Source: an uncultured Ruminiclostridium sp.
Lineage (GTDB): Bacteria > Bacillota > Clostridia > Oscillospirales > Ruminococcaceae
Direction: 5' to 3'
Assembly (NCBI GenBank): GCA_944386545.1
Contig: CALXBK010000003.1
Coordinates: 41,436-105,435 of the forward strand
DNA: 64,000 nt
The notes under the pieces are model-generated. The model was not told the origin of the DNA and searched no databases. It saw nothing but the letters and a program-made list of their open reading frames with translations. This document shows, piece after piece, positions 20,201-30,259 of the stretch (its first letter is position 1; every line of letters begins with the position of its first letter). The position numbers and the translations under genes are program-made.

Positions 20201-20971
20201 ATCGTCGTCGGGCAAGGGCTTTGTAATGCCGTTGAATTTGAAGTTTGCAAGAATGAGCGTTGTGTTGTATATAACATCTCTCGTGTCGTCAAGCTGTACG
20301 GTTATTTTGCCTGCCGTTCTCTCCGCCGTTACGGGGAAAAGGGCAAGAGGTGCGCGAACGTCAAAATCCTCGCCCGTCAGCTTGCCTATGACAAATGGAT
20401 AACCTATGTACAAATCATTCTGTCCCTTGTCGCGCAAATCCTTGTTTACCTCACGCAAAATCTGCACGATTTTGCGGTATATCTGCCATTCCTCGTCCGA
20501 CTGCGGGCGCTCGTCAAGGTTTGCAATATTGCATACCGTCACCTTCTTACCCGTGAAGATGATATTTTCCGCTACGGCAGGTCCGCTTGTGTAAAGGTCA
20601 AAGGAATACTTGCCCGCGGTTTTTGCCATGTAAAGCAGTCTGTTGCGGCGGTTTATGCTGACAAGCTTCTTTTCAAGCTCCTTGAGCGTCTTTGCAACCT
20701 CCGGCTTTATCGGCACCGTCTTTTCGGCAGGTACTGACTCGTACTTCAGAATTACGTTTAAAAATTCTTCGCCGTAGTTTTCAATAAAGGTCTTGCCTAT
20801 CCCTGTAATTCCTTCAAAGTCGCTTAGCTTTTTAGGGCAAAGCTCCGCAATTTCCTCCAGGGCTTCATCGGTGCATACCAATGGTGTTCTTCCCTCGGCG
20901 GTTTTTCTTGTATTTTTTATCGTTGCCCTAAGCCGATAAAGCTCGTCGTACATCTGCTTGTTTACAGCCAT
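17225..20971 (-). CDS. HRDC + DUF4011-like + Upf1/DNA2-like SF1 helicase + C-terminal Vsr/DUF559-like nuclease-fold protein
   Basis: Helicase motifs present: Walker A GPPGTGKSQT, Walker B VVFDEASQM and motif VI NVAVSRAKKKV. The N-terminus is HRDC-like (..ALEEIAELCPKKLSDFEGITGIG). The C-terminus (GYSIDLAV..ILGIECD..YL...GW.V.R.W) resembles restriction-endonuclease-like domains. I set the start at MAVNKQ after GAGGAG. Confidence 0.85.
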   Translation of the reverse strand: MAVNKQMYDELYRLRATIKNTRKTAEGRTPLVCTDEALEEIAELCPKKLSDFEGITGIGKTFIENYGEEFLNVILKYESVPAEKTVPIKPEVAKTLKELEKKLVSINRRNRLLYMAKTAGKYSFDLYTSGPAVAENIIFTGKKVTVCNIANLDERPQSDEEWQIYRKIVQILREVNKDLRDKGQNDLYIGYPFVIGKLTGEDFDVRAPLALFPVTAERTAGKITVQLDDTRDVIYNTTLILANFKFNGITKPLPDDDVDDISCESFITSLLEFYKENGLAIEDGDRMMKKFTEYKADEFPKLVPGRLCLEPCAVLGKFPIRSSSVQKDFDRIILSNRINTLLNDLLINSGEIDIYAESEPEVQKQGDFDLDREISEKDLTYINSLNSSQEAVLCAAEQLDELVMQGPPGTGKSQTITGLISEFVNNDKTVLMVSEKKTALDVVYSRLGTLSQYALLIDDVSNKDQFYKQLSKMVGFGNVTQGTPESTDKLSEDIDSDVQRLRTIADKLYSYDEQLGTEPYKMYLVSRKPDLTNEEQKSRTRLIAQKRDALLSGVKYPALYEARNVFSNEKNGERLQSYIEANTEYPWLSSFKPDMTEFDTIELEAALETVKNEAAAWKAKNIFIRLFTKGKVKKAANEVISRYFTKGGKTERELLISNAEAVQKSTGSYLAYRDNKQLYDTLSDEQKIYLKSVLDVKNGLSCAFTVANAELFNHLMYERIGQFEAQNRELIRSIDEFDTIIEKLSAEIDQKQKITRSRLDRILSGELNGITASKRHGEILRVLESKRKWSVAKFIRKFDFELFRSVKIWLLTPEVVSEIIPLQTGIFDLVVFDEASQMYVEKGLPSILRGKKVVIAGDHKQLRPSALGQGRLEIDDSELGEDEEVNAALEEESLLDLARFKYKDVVLNFHYRSKYEELIAFSNYAFYGGRLYVSPNTETPKRPPIEVHKTENAVWENRTNMAEAQYIVTLLKQFFKERSENETVGIIAFNSNQRDLIDDLIDEECARDAEFAAAVTAEVARRKDGEDIGMFVKNVESVQGDERDVIIFSIGYAKNEKGKLVRNFGWLNQRGGENRLNVAVSRAKKKVHIVVSFNPSELETDDMKNDGPRILKKYLEYAFAISNGDKQTARSVLLSFTDGKDKAAATELSGELEAEIRSALVQRGYEVDSNVGIGGYSIDLAVKRDGRYILGIECDSKLYEGCKKARERDYHRKKYLEARGWRVYRMWSSNWWKNPAGELEKLCRLLGE

Positions 20972-21081
20972 ACTGTTTCTCCTCAAATCAATTTTGTAAT
21001 ATACATTATATTACCGTTTTCGCCGATTGTCAATAATTTCGGTGAGCTAAAGCAAAACTCGACAAATTTATATGTGGTAAA

Positions 21082-21108
21082 CAAAAACCCCCGTTTTATA
21101 ACGGGGGT
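21082..21108 (-). terminator. Terminator of the ribosomal alpha operon
   Basis: On the minus strand ACCCCCGTT-ataa-AACGGGGGT is followed by TTTTTG. Confidence 0.8.
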
Positions 21109-21124
21109 AGGTGTGTACAGAATC

Positions 21125-21466
21125 TTATACCAGCTCGATAACAGCCATTTCAGCCGCGTCGCCTCTTCTGGGGCCTATTTTGATGATGCGGGTGTAGCCG
21201 CCGTTCCTATCGGCGTACTTGGGTGCAATGTCATCAAAGACCTTCTTAGCAACGTCTTCCTTGGTGATGTAGCTGAATACCTGACGCTTGGTGTGCAGTG
21301 TGCCGGCCTTACCTAAGGTAATCATCTTTTCAGCTTCGCTGCGAACTTCCTTTGCTCTGGAAACAGTGGTTATAATCTTGCCCTTTTCAAGAAGCAAGGT
21401 AACCATGCCTCTGAGCATAGCTTTTCTGTGATCGCTGGTTCTGCCCAGTTTTCTTGAACCTGCCAT
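21125..21466 (-). CDS. rplQ: 50S ribosomal protein L17
   Basis: The translation ([16 protein letters not shown]..) and its position after rpoA identify it. Confidence 0.97.
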   Translation of the reverse strand: MAGSRKLGRTSDHRKAMLRGMVTLLLEKGKIITTVSRAKEVRSEAEKMITLGKAGTLHTKRQVFSYITKEDVAKKVFDDIAPKYADRNGGYTRIIKIGPRRGDAAEMAVIELV

Positions 21467-21504
21467 TGGATATTTCTCCTTTCAGACAATATGAAAGTCA
21501 TTTG

Positions 21505-22464
21505 TCAGTTATTGTCGTCGTCGCTTGCAAGGTCAAAGCCCAGTGACTGAAGCTTCGCTCTTACTTCCTCGAACGACTTCTTGCCTAAGTTTCTGACCTT
21601 CATCATATCGTCCTGAGACTTATTGATAAGATCGTCCACCGTGTTGATGTTTGCTCTCTTAAGACAGTTGAAGGAACGAACGGAGAGGTCGAGATCGTCG
21701 ATAGTCATTTCAAGAATCTTGTCCTTGCCTGTTTCGCTCTTGTCAACCATCAGCTCGGGCTGCATAGCCTCATCTGAAAGCTCAACAAAAAGCTGGAGGT
21801 GGTCAGTCAGAATCTTAGCGGCGTAGGATACAGCCTCCTTAGCGGAGATTGTGCCGTCCGTCCAAACCTCAAGTATCAGCTTGTCGTAGTCGGTACGCTG
21901 TCCTACACGGGTATTCTCAACCGTATAATTCACCTTTAATACAGGTGTATAAATGCTGTCAACAGCAATAATGCCTATAACCGGCTGAAGCTGCTGCTTA
22001 TTCTTCTCAGCCGACACATAGCCTCTGCCCTTATCAAGAGTTATCTCCATGAAGAGCTTTGCTCCGGGACCGAGAGTTGCTATATGCATACCGGGATCGA
22101 GTATTTCTATCTCGCTGTCCGCCTTGATGTCGCCGGCGGTAAGCTCGCACTCGCCCTCAGCTTCGATATAAACTGTTTTCGGGCATTCGCCATACATTTT
22201 TGCAATGAGGCCTTTGATGTTGAGGATTATCTCAGTGACATCCTCTTTAACTCCGGGAATCGTGGAAAACTCGTGCTGTACGCCGTCAATCTTGATTGAC
22301 GTTACCGCAACGCCGGGAAGCGAGGAAAGAAGCACACGGCGCAGGCTGTTGCCGAGCGTGTTGCCGTATCCGCATTCCAGCGGCTCGAGCGTAAACATAC
22401 CATAGGTTCCGTCGGGCTTTAACTTTACGGTCTCAATTACAGGCTTTTCAATTTTCTCAAGCAT
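21505..22464 (-). CDS. rpoA: DNA-directed RNA polymerase alpha subunit
   Basis: N-terminal domain, insert and C-terminal-domain sequences are present (..LEPLERGYG-like [41 protein letters not shown]). I set the start at MLEKIEKP after GGAGGG. Confidence 0.97.
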   Translation of the reverse strand: MLEKIEKPVIETVKLKPDGTYGMFTLEPLECGYGNTLGNSLRRVLLSSLPGVAVTSIKIDGVQHEFSTIPGVKEDVTEIILNIKGLIAKMYGECPKTVYIEAEGECELTAGDIKADSEIEILDPGMHIATLGPGAKLFMEITLDKGRGYVSAEKNKQQLQPVIGIIAVDSIYTPVLKVNYTVENTRVGQRTDYDKLILEVWTDGTISAKEAVSYAAKILTDHLQLFVELSDEAMQPELMVDKSETGKDKILEMTIDDLDLSVRSFNCLKRANINTVDDLINKSQDDMMKVRNLGKKSFEEVRAKLQSLGFDLASDDDNN

Positions 22465-22708
22465 TTGGTCTACCCTCCACAAGTTTGTCAGATTTTAAAT
22501 CGTTTTACCGATTTGCGAACGGGCTGTATTCGTGCGGGAGCTTTACAAAGCAAAGCCTCCCGACAAAACCGCCCAGTTAATTTTAAATCACGATTTGCGA
22601 AGCATTATTTTGCTTCTCATGCAGCCTTAAGCCGCACAATTGTGAATTAAAAATAACTGATATATGCCGTGACGGCACGGCATAAAAAGAGTGTGCTTTA
22701 TGTCGTGA

Positions 22709-23305
22709 TTATTTGGAGTACAACTCAATAACAAGATGTTCTTCAATCTCGTAGTCAAGCTCGCTTCTTTCAAATTCGCGAGTAACCTTGGCCGACATAG
22801 CTTCTTTATTTACGTCCAGCCATAACGGAATAAGTCTGCCGTTTGTCTGTTCTGCAATCTGTGCAAACTTAGCGCTCTTCTTGCTTGTTTCCTTAAGAGC
22901 GATAACATCGCCTGTCTTTACTCTGTAAGAGGGTACATCAACTCTCTTGCCGTTTACGGTAAAATGACCGTGAGTTACAAGCTGTCTTGCTTCTCTTCTT
23001 GTTACTGCCATTCCCATTCTGAAAACAACATTGTCAAGTCTGGATTCAAGAATCTTGATAAGGTTTTCACCTGCAACGCCGTCCATCTTTACAGCCATCT
23101 CATAGTAGTGATAGAACTGCTTTTCAAGTACGCCGTAGATGAATTTCAGCTTCTGCTTTTCCTTGAGCTGCATTCCGTATTCGGAAATCTTTTTTCTGTT
23201 GTTTGCATTAGCATGGCGGTTTGTTTCCTTGCTGTATCCCAATACCATGGGAGAAATGCCTAAAGCCTTACATCTCTTTAAGACCGGTTGTCTGTCTACT
23301 GCCAT
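22709..23305 (-). CDS. rpsD: 30S ribosomal protein S4
   Basis: The translation and its position in the alpha operon identify it. Confidence 0.97.
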   Translation of the reverse strand: MAVDRQPVLKRCKALGISPMVLGYSKETNRHANANNRKKISEYGMQLKEKQKLKFIYGVLEKQFYHYYEMAVKMDGVAGENLIKILESRLDNVVFRMGMAVTRREARQLVTHGHFTVNGKRVDVPSYRVKTGDVIALKETSKKSAKFAQIAEQTNGRLIPLWLDVNKEAMSAKVTREFERSELDYEIEEHLVIELYSK

Positions 23306-23393
23306 TTGTCAATACCTCCGTTTTTCAAATAAATATCGTTTCTGAAGAGCGTTCGCTCTTCCGCGACTCCGAGTAAACTACACTCGGTTTTGG

Positions 23394-23798
23394 TTATACA
23401 CGTCTTCTTTTGGGAGGACGGCATCCGTTGTGGGGGATGGGGGTTACATCCTTGATAAGTCTTACTTCAAGACCTGCTGCCTGTAAAGCTCTGATTGCTG
23501 CTTCACGGCCTGTGCCGGGGCCTTTAACGAAAACCTCTACGGTTTTAAGGCCATGCTCCATTGCAGCCTTAGCTGCTGTTTCAGCTGCGCTCTGTGCAGC
23601 GAAGGGCGTTGACTTTCTTGAGCCTCTGAAGCCCATTTCGCCGGCGGACGCCCATGATAAAGTGTTGCCCTGAAGGTCTGTAATCGTAACAATCGTGTTG
23701 TTGAATGTAGACTGGATATGAGCCGCACCGTTTTCAATGTTCTTGCGCTCACGGCGTCTGCGGATTACAGGCTTCTTGTTAGCGGTTGCCTTTGCCAT
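23394..23798 (-). CDS. rpsK: 30S ribosomal protein S11
   Basis: Translation (..[14 protein letters not shown]..) and gene order. Confidence 0.97.
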   Translation of the reverse strand: MAKATANKKPVIRRRRERKNIENGAAHIQSTFNNTIVTITDLQGNTLSWASAGEMGFRGSRKSTPFAAQSAAETAAKAAMEHGLKTVEVFVKGPGTGREAAIRALQAAGLEVRLIKDVTPIPHNGCRPPKRRRV

Positions 23799-23825
23799 TG
23801 ATTTACCACCTTTCCTGAAGCAAAA

Positions 23826-24197
23826 TTACTTCTTCTTATTTGCGATGGTCTTCTTGGGACCTTTTCTTGTTCTTGCGTTTGTCTTTGTACGCTGACCGCG
23901 AACGGGGAGACCCTTGCGGTGACGAATTCCTCTGAAGCAGTTGATTTCAACAAGACGCTTGATGTTAAGAGCAACCTCTCTTCTGAGATCGCCTTCAACC
24001 TGAACGCCGAGCTTGTCGATAGCTTCACGGATCTTGGTTTCTTCGTCATCGGTAAGATCCTTGACTCTGGTGTCGGGGTTTACGCCTGCCTGTGCCAGAA
24101 TGTCGTTAGCTGTCTTTCTGCCTATACCGTAAACGTATGTCAAACCGATTTCGATACGCTTTTCCTTAGGCAGGTCGATACCAGCAATTCTTGCCAT
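23826..24197 (-). CDS. rpsM: 30S ribosomal protein S13
   Basis: Translation ([14 protein letters not shown]..) and gene order. Confidence 0.97.
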   Translation of the reverse strand: MARIAGIDLPKEKRIEIGLTYVYGIGRKTANDILAQAGVNPDTRVKDLTDDEETKIREAIDKLGVQVEGDLRREVALNIKRLVEINCFRGIRHRKGLPVRGQRTKTNARTRKGPKKTIANKKK

Positions 24198-24223
24198 ATC
24201 TTTTTCCTCCTGTTATATGGGGC

Positions 24224-24337
24224 TTAACCCTGTCTCTGCTTGTGCTTAGGTTCCTGGCAAATTACCATAACCTTGCCCTTGCGCTTGATTACCTTGCACT
24301 TATCGCACATAGGCTTTACTGAAGGTCTAACTTTCAT
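24224..24337 (-). CDS. rpmJ: 50S ribosomal protein L36 (zinc-binding type)
   Basis: It is too short for the ORF track. My hand translation of the minus strand gives [37 protein letters not shown] (37 aa) between infA and rpsM. Confidence 0.93.
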   Translation of the reverse strand: MKVRPSVKPMCDKCKVIKRKGKVMVICQEPKHKQRQG

Positions 24338-24400
24338 TTTAATCATCCTTCCTGCGTGTTTGCCTTACGCAACGCTTTTGCATTGCGTCCTTTTATCGGA

Positions 24401-24619
24401 TTACTTGGCTCTCCATGTAATTCTGCCTTTGGTCAGATCATAGGGTGACATCTCGACAGTTACCTTATCACCGGGTAAGATACGAATGAAGTTCATTCGC
24501 AGCTTGCCGCTTACATGAGCCAATATTTTGTGTCCGTTTTCCAGCTCAACCTGAAACATTGCGTTGGGCAATGCTTCGATTATCTTGCCGGTTACTTCAA
24601 TTACGTCTTCTTTTGACAA
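24401..24619 (-). CDS. infA: Translation initiation factor IF-1
   Basis: The 72-aa translation (..[33 protein letters not shown]..) identifies it. Confidence 0.97.
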   Translation of the reverse strand: MSKEDVIEVTGKIIEALPNAMFQVELENGHKILAHVSGKLRMNFIRILPGDKVTVEMSPYDLTKGRITWRAK

Positions 24620-24621
24620 GC

Positions 24622-24894
24622 TCAGTCGCCCTCCTCGGTGAAGTCTGCTTCCGCATTGAATTTTGCCAAAGCAGCTCTTAGCTTTTTGTTAGTGATTTGC
24701 GAAACATCTATAACCGTGTTGGTCTTTCTCAGGTGAAGCGGGTTTTTCTTCTTGGGAGCTTCGACCCTGCGCGCTTTGCCGTCAGCAATGTACGCAAAAC
24801 CGCCTTCCTTTTTCATGACGGCGTAATAGCTTCCGCTGTCATGTCCCGCTATACTCTTTACGACCAGTCCTACCGAAATTGCTTCAGCGTTCAT
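24622..24894 (-). CDS. Small KOW-domain RNA-binding protein
   Basis: A 90-aa basic protein with a KOW-like N-terminus ([19 protein letters not shown]). It sits between map and infA, as is commonly seen in Clostridia. Confidence 0.6.
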   Translation of the reverse strand: MNAEAISVGLVVKSIAGHDSGSYYAVMKKEGGFAYIADGKARRVEAPKKKNPLHLRKTNTVIDVSQITNKKLRAALAKFNAEADFTEEGD

Positions 24895-24904
24895 GCTGCC
24901 TCCG

Positions 24905-25672
24905 TTATTTAGGATGATGCAGGGAGCTTTGCGTTAAAATCAGCGGCTCGCCTGTCGTTATTGCTACGGTGTGCTCAAAGTGAGCGCTGTAATTGCCGTT
25001 AGCCTCAACCACCGTCCATTTGTCGGGCAGTATTATTACCTCGGCCGTTGTTTCGTTTATCATAGGCTCTATGCAGATTGTCATACCGGGGACGAGTCTC
25101 GGTCCTCTGCCGGGCTTGCCGTAGTTTGGGACGTCCGGCGCCTCGTGCATATTGTGACCGATACCGTGGCCGATAAACTTACGCACCACATGGTAGCCTC
25201 TTTGCTCACAATAGGTCTGAACGGCATTGGAAATATCTCCGATACGGTTTCCCGCAACCGCCATTCTGATACCCTCGTACAGCGCCTGCTCGGTGACTTC
25301 AAGCAGCCTTTCGGCTCTCTCATCAACCTTTCCCACCTTGAAGGTGTAGGCGTTGTCGCCGTTGTACCCGTCGATTTCGGCGGTGACATCTACCGATACG
25401 ATGTCCCCCTCTTTGATTATCTTATTCTTGGAAGGGATACCGTGGATAAGCTCCGAGTTGAGGGAGATACAGGCACTGCCTGTAAATCCTCCGTAGCCGA
25501 GCGAGGAAGGAATTGCGCCCTTTGAAACGATAAAATCATGAATGATTTTATCAAGCTCCCAGGTGCTCATTCCGGGCTTTATTGCGTTGCCCGCAACAAT
25601 CAGCGCCTCGGCGGCTATCTCGTTTCCTTTTTTCATTATTTCAATTTCTTTTGCCGATTTAACCTGAATCAT
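24905..25672 (-). CDS. map: Type I methionine aminopeptidase
   Basis: Metal ligands occur in context (VSVDVTAEIDGYNGD, GHGIGHNMHE, IEPM, HFEHT). Confidence 0.95.
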   Translation of the reverse strand: MIQVKSAKEIEIMKKGNEIAAEALIVAGNAIKPGMSTWELDKIIHDFIVSKGAIPSSLGYGGFTGSACISLNSELIHGIPSKNKIIKEGDIVSVDVTAEIDGYNGDNAYTFKVGKVDERAERLLEVTEQALYEGIRMAVAGNRIGDISNAVQTYCEQRGYHVVRKFIGHGIGHNMHEAPDVPNYGKPGRGPRLVPGMTICIEPMINETTAEVIILPDKWTVVEANGNYSAHFEHTVAITTGEPLILTQSSLHHPK

Positions 25673-25675
25673 TAA

Positions 25676-26308
25676 TTATGCCTCTATTGCAGCAAGCGTC
25701 AGCTTTGAGGTTTCGGAGATTTCCTCCTGTCCCTCTACGGTAACGAGCTTGCCCTTGCTCATGTAGTAATCCTTGAGGGGAGCAGTCTTTTCATAGTAGG
25801 TCTTGAGCCTCGAAAGAACTGTTTCGGGCTTATCGTCAATACGCTGTACCACGTTTGCGCCGCAATGGTCGCACTTGCCCTCCTGCTTTGTGGGCTTGAA
25901 GTCAATGTGATAGGAAGCGCCGCAGCCCTCGCATACTCTTCTGCCGGAGAGTCTTGCGATTATCTTTTCATCGGGAACGGAAATTTCAACAACCTTGTCG
26001 ATGTTTACGCCCATTGCTTCAAGAGCCTCAGCCTGAGAAACAGTTCTCGGAAAGCCGTCGAGGATAAAGCCGTTCTTGGCGTCGTCCATAGCAATTCTGT
26101 CCTTTAAGATGCCGATTACAACATCATCGGGAACAAGGTCGCCTCTGTCCATACATTCCTTTGCGGCAAGTCCCGCAGGAGTGCCGTTCTTTACCGCTTC
26201 TCTGAGCATATTGCCCGTTGAGATGGCAGGGATTCCGAGCTTTTCGCATACGACCTCTGCCTGAGTTCCTTTACCCGCACCGGGTGCGCCTAAGAAAATA
26301 AGATTCAT
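25676..26308 (-). CDS. adk: Adenylate kinase (zinc-lid type)
   Basis: P-loop GAPGAGKGTQ and lid cysteines CEGCG..CDHCG. Confidence 0.96.
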   Translation of the reverse strand: MNLIFLGAPGAGKGTQAEVVCEKLGIPAISTGNMLREAVKNGTPAGLAAKECMDRGDLVPDDVVIGILKDRIAMDDAKNGFILDGFPRTVSQAEALEAMGVNIDKVVEISVPDEKIIARLSGRRVCEGCGASYHIDFKPTKQEGKCDHCGANVVQRIDDKPETVLSRLKTYYEKTAPLKDYYMSKGKLVTVEGQEEISETSKLTLAAIEA

Positions 26309-26323
26309 GGTTGCTCCTTTCTC

Positions 26324-27616
26324 TTATTCGAGGAAGCCCTTGTGATGACGCATCATCATCTGGCTTTCGAGTGCACGTACCGTTTCGAGAGCTACGCCGA
26401 CAACGATAAGAATCGTAGTGCCGCCCAGCGACAGACCGCTGAGTCCCGTAAGGTTCTGGAATATGATGGGGAATATTGCGATAATACCTAAGAAGATTGC
26501 ACCTACAAGGGTAATCTTCGACAGTGAATTGTGGATAAAATCCGATGTGGGCTTGCCCGGACGATAGCCGGGGATTGCGCCGTTGTTCTTCTTTAAATCA
26601 TTGGCAATCTGAACAGGATTATACTGCATTGCAATATAGAAGTAGTTGAAGCCGATGATAAGGAAGAAGTAAATTACCGCATAAACGATATTGTTTGAAC
26701 TGAACAAAGCGATAAAGTCGCTCCAGAATGCGTGCTGCGATGTAGGTGTCACACCGAAAAACCATCCGATTGTTGCGGGAAGCTGCATAATCGACATCGC
26801 GAAGATGATGGGCATTACGCCTGCCATCGCAACCTTAATCGGAATGTGGTTTGACTGACCGCCGTACATTTTTCTTCCGACGACTCTCTTTGCATACTGA
26901 ACGGGAATTCTTCTCTCCGCGTTTGTCATCAGTATTACAAATGCAATCATTACAACATAAATTACAAGAATAAGCGGAACGAAGAACCAGTTCCGGGGCT
27001 GAAGGCTTATCTGGTTTATCAGAGTGATAACCATATCCGGTACTCTTGCGATGATACCTGCAAAGAGTATCATGGAGATACCGTTGCCGATACCCTTCTG
27101 GCTTATCTGGTCGCCCAGCCATATAATCAGCGACGCACCCGCTACAAAGCAGGATACAATTGTTATCGCTGCAAGTATTCCGTCAAAGCCCTGTGTGTAG
27201 TAAACAGCTCCCGCGCCGCGCAGACCGATGTAGAATGCGATAGCCTGGAAAAGACCGATACCCAGAGCCACAAACTTTGTAATCTTGTTGATTTTCTTGC
27301 GTCCCTCTTCGCCCTCCTTGGACAGTCTTTCGAGCGGCGGAATAGCCACCGTCAGAAGCTGTACAATGATGGATGCGTTGATGTAGGGGGAGATTGACAT
27401 TGCGAGGAGCGTACCGTTACTCAGCGAGCCGCCCGTCATAACGTCAAGCGTTTCGAGAATAGTACCCTCGCCTATCAGAGTCTTTATCTCCGAGGGATCA
27501 AGGAACGGAACGAATATTGCGGAGCCGAAGCGGAAAATAAGAATGATGAGCAATGTATATAAGATCTTTTTGCGAAGTGCAGGGTCAGCCCATGCGTTCC
27601 TAAAGACTTGAAACAT
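26324..27616 (-). CDS. secY: Preprotein translocase subunit SecY
   Basis: A 430-aa, 10-TM protein with a SecY translation, at the conserved position between rplO and adk. Confidence 0.96.
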   Translation of the reverse strand: MFQVFRNAWADPALRKKILYTLLIILIFRFGSAIFVPFLDPSEIKTLIGEGTILETLDVMTGGSLSNGTLLAMSISPYINASIIVQLLTVAIPPLERLSKEGEEGRKKINKITKFVALGIGLFQAIAFYIGLRGAGAVYYTQGFDGILAAITIVSCFVAGASLIIWLGDQISQKGIGNGISMILFAGIIARVPDMVITLINQISLQPRNWFFVPLILVIYVVMIAFVILMTNAERRIPVQYAKRVVGRKMYGGQSNHIPIKVAMAGVMPIIFAMSIMQLPATIGWFFGVTPTSQHAFWSDFIALFSSNNIVYAVIYFFLIIGFNYFYIAMQYNPVQIANDLKKNNGAIPGYRPGKPTSDFIHNSLSKITLVGAIFLGIIAIFPIIFQNLTGLSGLSLGGTTILIVVGVALETVRALESQMMMRHHKGFLE

Positions 27617-28059
27617 TACAGCACCTCAGTCTTTCCGCCGGCATTTTCGATTTTTGCCTTAGCTGATTCAGAGAACTTTGCAGCCTTAACCGTAAAGCTC
27701 TTGGTAACCTCGCCGTCGCCCAGTACCTTAACTCCGTCGAGGAGCTTGGTTACAAGACCTGCGTTGATCATAGCCTCTGTATCAATTACAGCGCCGTTTT
27801 CAAAACGTGCTTCAAGGTCGGCAACATTTACCACTGTGTATTCAGTTGCAAAAATGTTGTTAAAGCCTCTCTTGGGGGTGCGTCTTGCGAGAGATGTCTG
27901 ACCGCCTTCAAAGCCCGGTCTTACACCGCCGCCGGAACGAGCCCACTGGCCCTTGTGTCCCTTGCCGGCAGTCTTGCCGTGACCGGAGCCGTGACCGCGT
28001 CCGATACGCTTTACATCCTTAGTTGCACCCTGTGCAGGGCATAATTCGTGTAGCTTCAA
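27616..28059 (-). CDS. rplO: 50S ribosomal protein L15
   Basis: Translation (..[19 protein letters not shown]..) and gene order. Confidence 0.97.
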   Translation of the reverse strand: MKLHELCPAQGATKDVKRIGRGHGSGHGKTAGKGHKGQWARSGGGVRPGFEGGQTSLARRTPKRGFNNIFATEYTVVNVADLEARFENGAVIDTEAMINAGLVTKLLDGVKVLGDGEVTKSFTVKAAKFSESAKAKIENAGGKTEVL

Positions 28060-28114
28060 TTGTTACACCTCCTATTTGTTAATGTGTTTTTTAACCTTCG
28101 TAAGGTGTAAGGAA

Positions 28115-28291
28115 TTATTCCTCAGTTACCTCAACTAAATATGAAATTTCTTTGATTTTGCCTCTTGTTGCGGCATTATCGGGCTGAACGGTTTCAGCGC
28201 CGATTTTACGCAGTCCCAGGGACTGTGCTGTCGCTATGTGGCTGTCCTTGCGTCCAACCAGCGACTTTACAAGCTTAATCTTTAAAGCCAT
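28115..28291 (-). CDS. rpmD: 50S ribosomal protein L30
   Basis: It is not in the ORF track. My hand translation gives MALKIKLVKSLVGRKDSHIATAQSLGLRKIGAETVQPDNAATRGKIKEISYLVEVTEE (58 aa) between rpsE and rplO. Confidence 0.92.
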   Translation of the reverse strand: MALKIKLVKSLVGRKDSHIATAQSLGLRKIGAETVQPDNAATRGKIKEISYLVEVTEE

Positions 28292-28322
28292 ATCGGTTTA
28301 CTTCCTTTCTCAGAGCAAAAGC

Positions 28323-28823
28323 TTAACCTAAGATTTCTTTTACGGTCTTGCCACGCAGCTGTGCAACCTGCTGTGCATCTCTGAGTGAGGTAAGACCTGC
28401 CATAGTAGCTCTTACTACATTGTAGGGATTGTTGGAACGAAGCGACTTTGTACGAATGTTCTTGATACCTGCCATTTCAACAACGGCACGAACCGTACCG
28501 CCGGAGATAACGCCGGTACCTTCGGGTGCGGGCTTCATCAGAACTGCGCCTGCGCCGAATTTTCCTACTACCTCGTGAGGGATTGTTGTACCCTTGAGAG
28601 ATATTTTAACGATGTTTTTCTTTGCGTCTTCAATGCCCTTGCGGATAGCATCGGGAACTTCGTTTGACTTGCCTGTACCGAAGCCTACAACGCCGTTGCC
28701 GTCGCCAACTACGACGAGTGCGGAAAACTTCATGATGCGTCCGCCCTTAACGGTCTTGGATACACGGTTGATGGCAACTACCTTTTCGGAAAGCTCGTAT
28801 TTGCTTGCATCTAAAAGTGCCAA
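28323..28823 (-). CDS. rpsE: 30S ribosomal protein S5
   Basis: Translation and gene order. Confidence 0.97.
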   Translation of the reverse strand: MALLDASKYELSEKVVAINRVSKTVKGGRIMKFSALVVVGDGNGVVGFGTGKSNEVPDAIRKGIEDAKKNIVKISLKGTTIPHEVVGKFGAGAVLMKPAPEGTGVISGGTVRAVVEMAGIKNIRTKSLRSNNPYNVVRATMAGLTSLRDAQQVAQLRGKTVKEILG

Positions 28824-28883
28824 ATTCTTAATCCTCCTGTTTTACTATGGAGCCGTCCTTCGGGACAGCCCACGCCATTTCTC

Positions 28884-29243
28884 TTAGAAGTTGAGTCCGC
28901 CCTCGCGAGCGCCCTCGGCCAAGGCCGCAACTCTGCCGTGATATACGAAGCCGGAACGGTCGAATACTACGTCGCAGATGCCTGCTGCCTTTGCCTTTTC
29001 GGCAAGAGCAAGTCCTACCTTCTTAGCTGCCTGTGCGTTGCCGCCGAAGCCTTCAAAGCTCTTTTCCATTGTAGATGCGCTGCAAAGGGTTTTGCCTGCC
29101 TCATCATCAATGATCTGAGCGTAAATGTGCTTAGCGGAACGGAACACGCTGAGACGGGGACAAGCAGCAGTACCGCTTATCTTAGCACGAATGCGCTTGC
29201 GGCGCTTAATTCTGCTTTTCTTGCTGTCTATTACCTTAATCAT
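28884..29243 (-). CDS. rplR: 50S ribosomal protein L18
   Basis: Translation and gene order. Confidence 0.97.
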   Translation of the reverse strand: MIKVIDSKKSRIKRRKRIRAKISGTAACPRLSVFRSAKHIYAQIIDDEAGKTLCSASTMEKSFEGFGGNAQAAKKVGLALAEKAKAAGICDVVFDRSGFVYHGRVAALAEGAREGGLNF

Positions 29244-29264
29244 TTACTTAATTCACCCCTTGCT

Positions 29265-29810
29265 TTACTTCTTACCCTTACCTGCTTTACCCTCCTTGCG
29301 GCGGATAACTTCATCGGTATACTTGATACCCTTACCCTTGTAAGGCTCGGGAGGACGCTTGCTTCTTACCTCAGCCGCAAACTGTCCGACCTTCTGCTTG
29401 TCGATACCTGTGATGATTATCTTGTTAGGTGCGGGTGATTCAATCTTTATATCCTCAGTGTCGGATACGACTACCTGGTGAGAATAACCGAGGTTCATTA
29501 CAAGGTCCTTGCCCTGCTTCTGAACACGGTAACCTACGCCGTTTACATCCAGCTCCTTCTTGAAGCCGTTTGTAACGCCATCAATCATGTTAGCGATGAG
29601 AGTTCTTGTAAGGCCGTGCAGTGAACGGTTATCCTTTTCATCGTCGGGACGTGCTACTGTTACGACAGCGCCGTCAACGGTGATTTGCATAGAGGGCTTA
29701 AATTCTCTTGTGAGTGTGCCCTTAGGTCCCTTTACTGTTACTGTGGAACCGTCTACTTTAACTTCGACGCCGGCAGGAACAGTGATAGGAGCTTTACCTA
29801 TTCTTGACAT
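29265..29810 (-). CDS. rplF: 50S ribosomal protein L6
   Basis: Translation ([15 protein letters not shown]..) and gene order. Confidence 0.97.
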   Translation of the reverse strand: MSRIGKAPITVPAGVEVKVDGSTVTVKGPKGTLTREFKPSMQITVDGAVVTVARPDDEKDNRSLHGLTRTLIANMIDGVTNGFKKELDVNGVGYRVQKQGKDLVMNLGYSHQVVVSDTEDIKIESPAPNKIIITGIDKQKVGQFAAEVRSKRPPEPYKGKGIKYTDEVIRRKEGKAGKGKK

Positions 29811-29826
29811 ATCTGTTCCTCCTTAA

Positions 29827-30225
29827 TTACCAAACGAAAGCGAGCACTTCGCCGCCAACGTTGTTTTTGCGTGCTTCTCTGTCTGTCATGATGCCCTTTG
29901 ATGTGGACACAATTGCAATGCCAAGGCCCTTCATAACCTTGGGCATATCCTTGCTGTTAGAGTAAATTCTGAGTCCGGGCTTGCTTACACGGCGTAAACC
30001 CGTAATGACCTGCGACTTATTCTCAGTATACTTCAAGGTGATTCTGATAACGCCCTGTTTGTCGTCTTCAATCACTCTGAAATTCTTAATGTAACCCTCA
30101 TCAACAAGTATCTGCGCAATCTGCTTCTTCATGTTAGAAGCAGGCACGTCAACTGTCGGATGCTTTGCAGAGTTAGCGTTACGAATTCTTGTCAGCATAT
30201 CTGCGATAGTATCGGTGATCTGCAT
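29827..30225 (-). CDS. rpsH: 30S ribosomal protein S8
   Basis: Translation (..[13 protein letters not shown]..) and gene order. Confidence 0.97.
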   Translation of the reverse strand: MQITDTIADMLTRIRNANSAKHPTVDVPASNMKKQIAQILVDEGYIKNFRVIEDDKQGVIRITLKYTENKSQVITGLRRVSKPGLRIYSNSKDMPKVMKGLGIAIVSTSKGIMTDREARKNNVGGEVLAFVW

Positions 30226-30259
30226 TACTTACTTCCTCCTTAAAAAATGTTCTGCCTTA

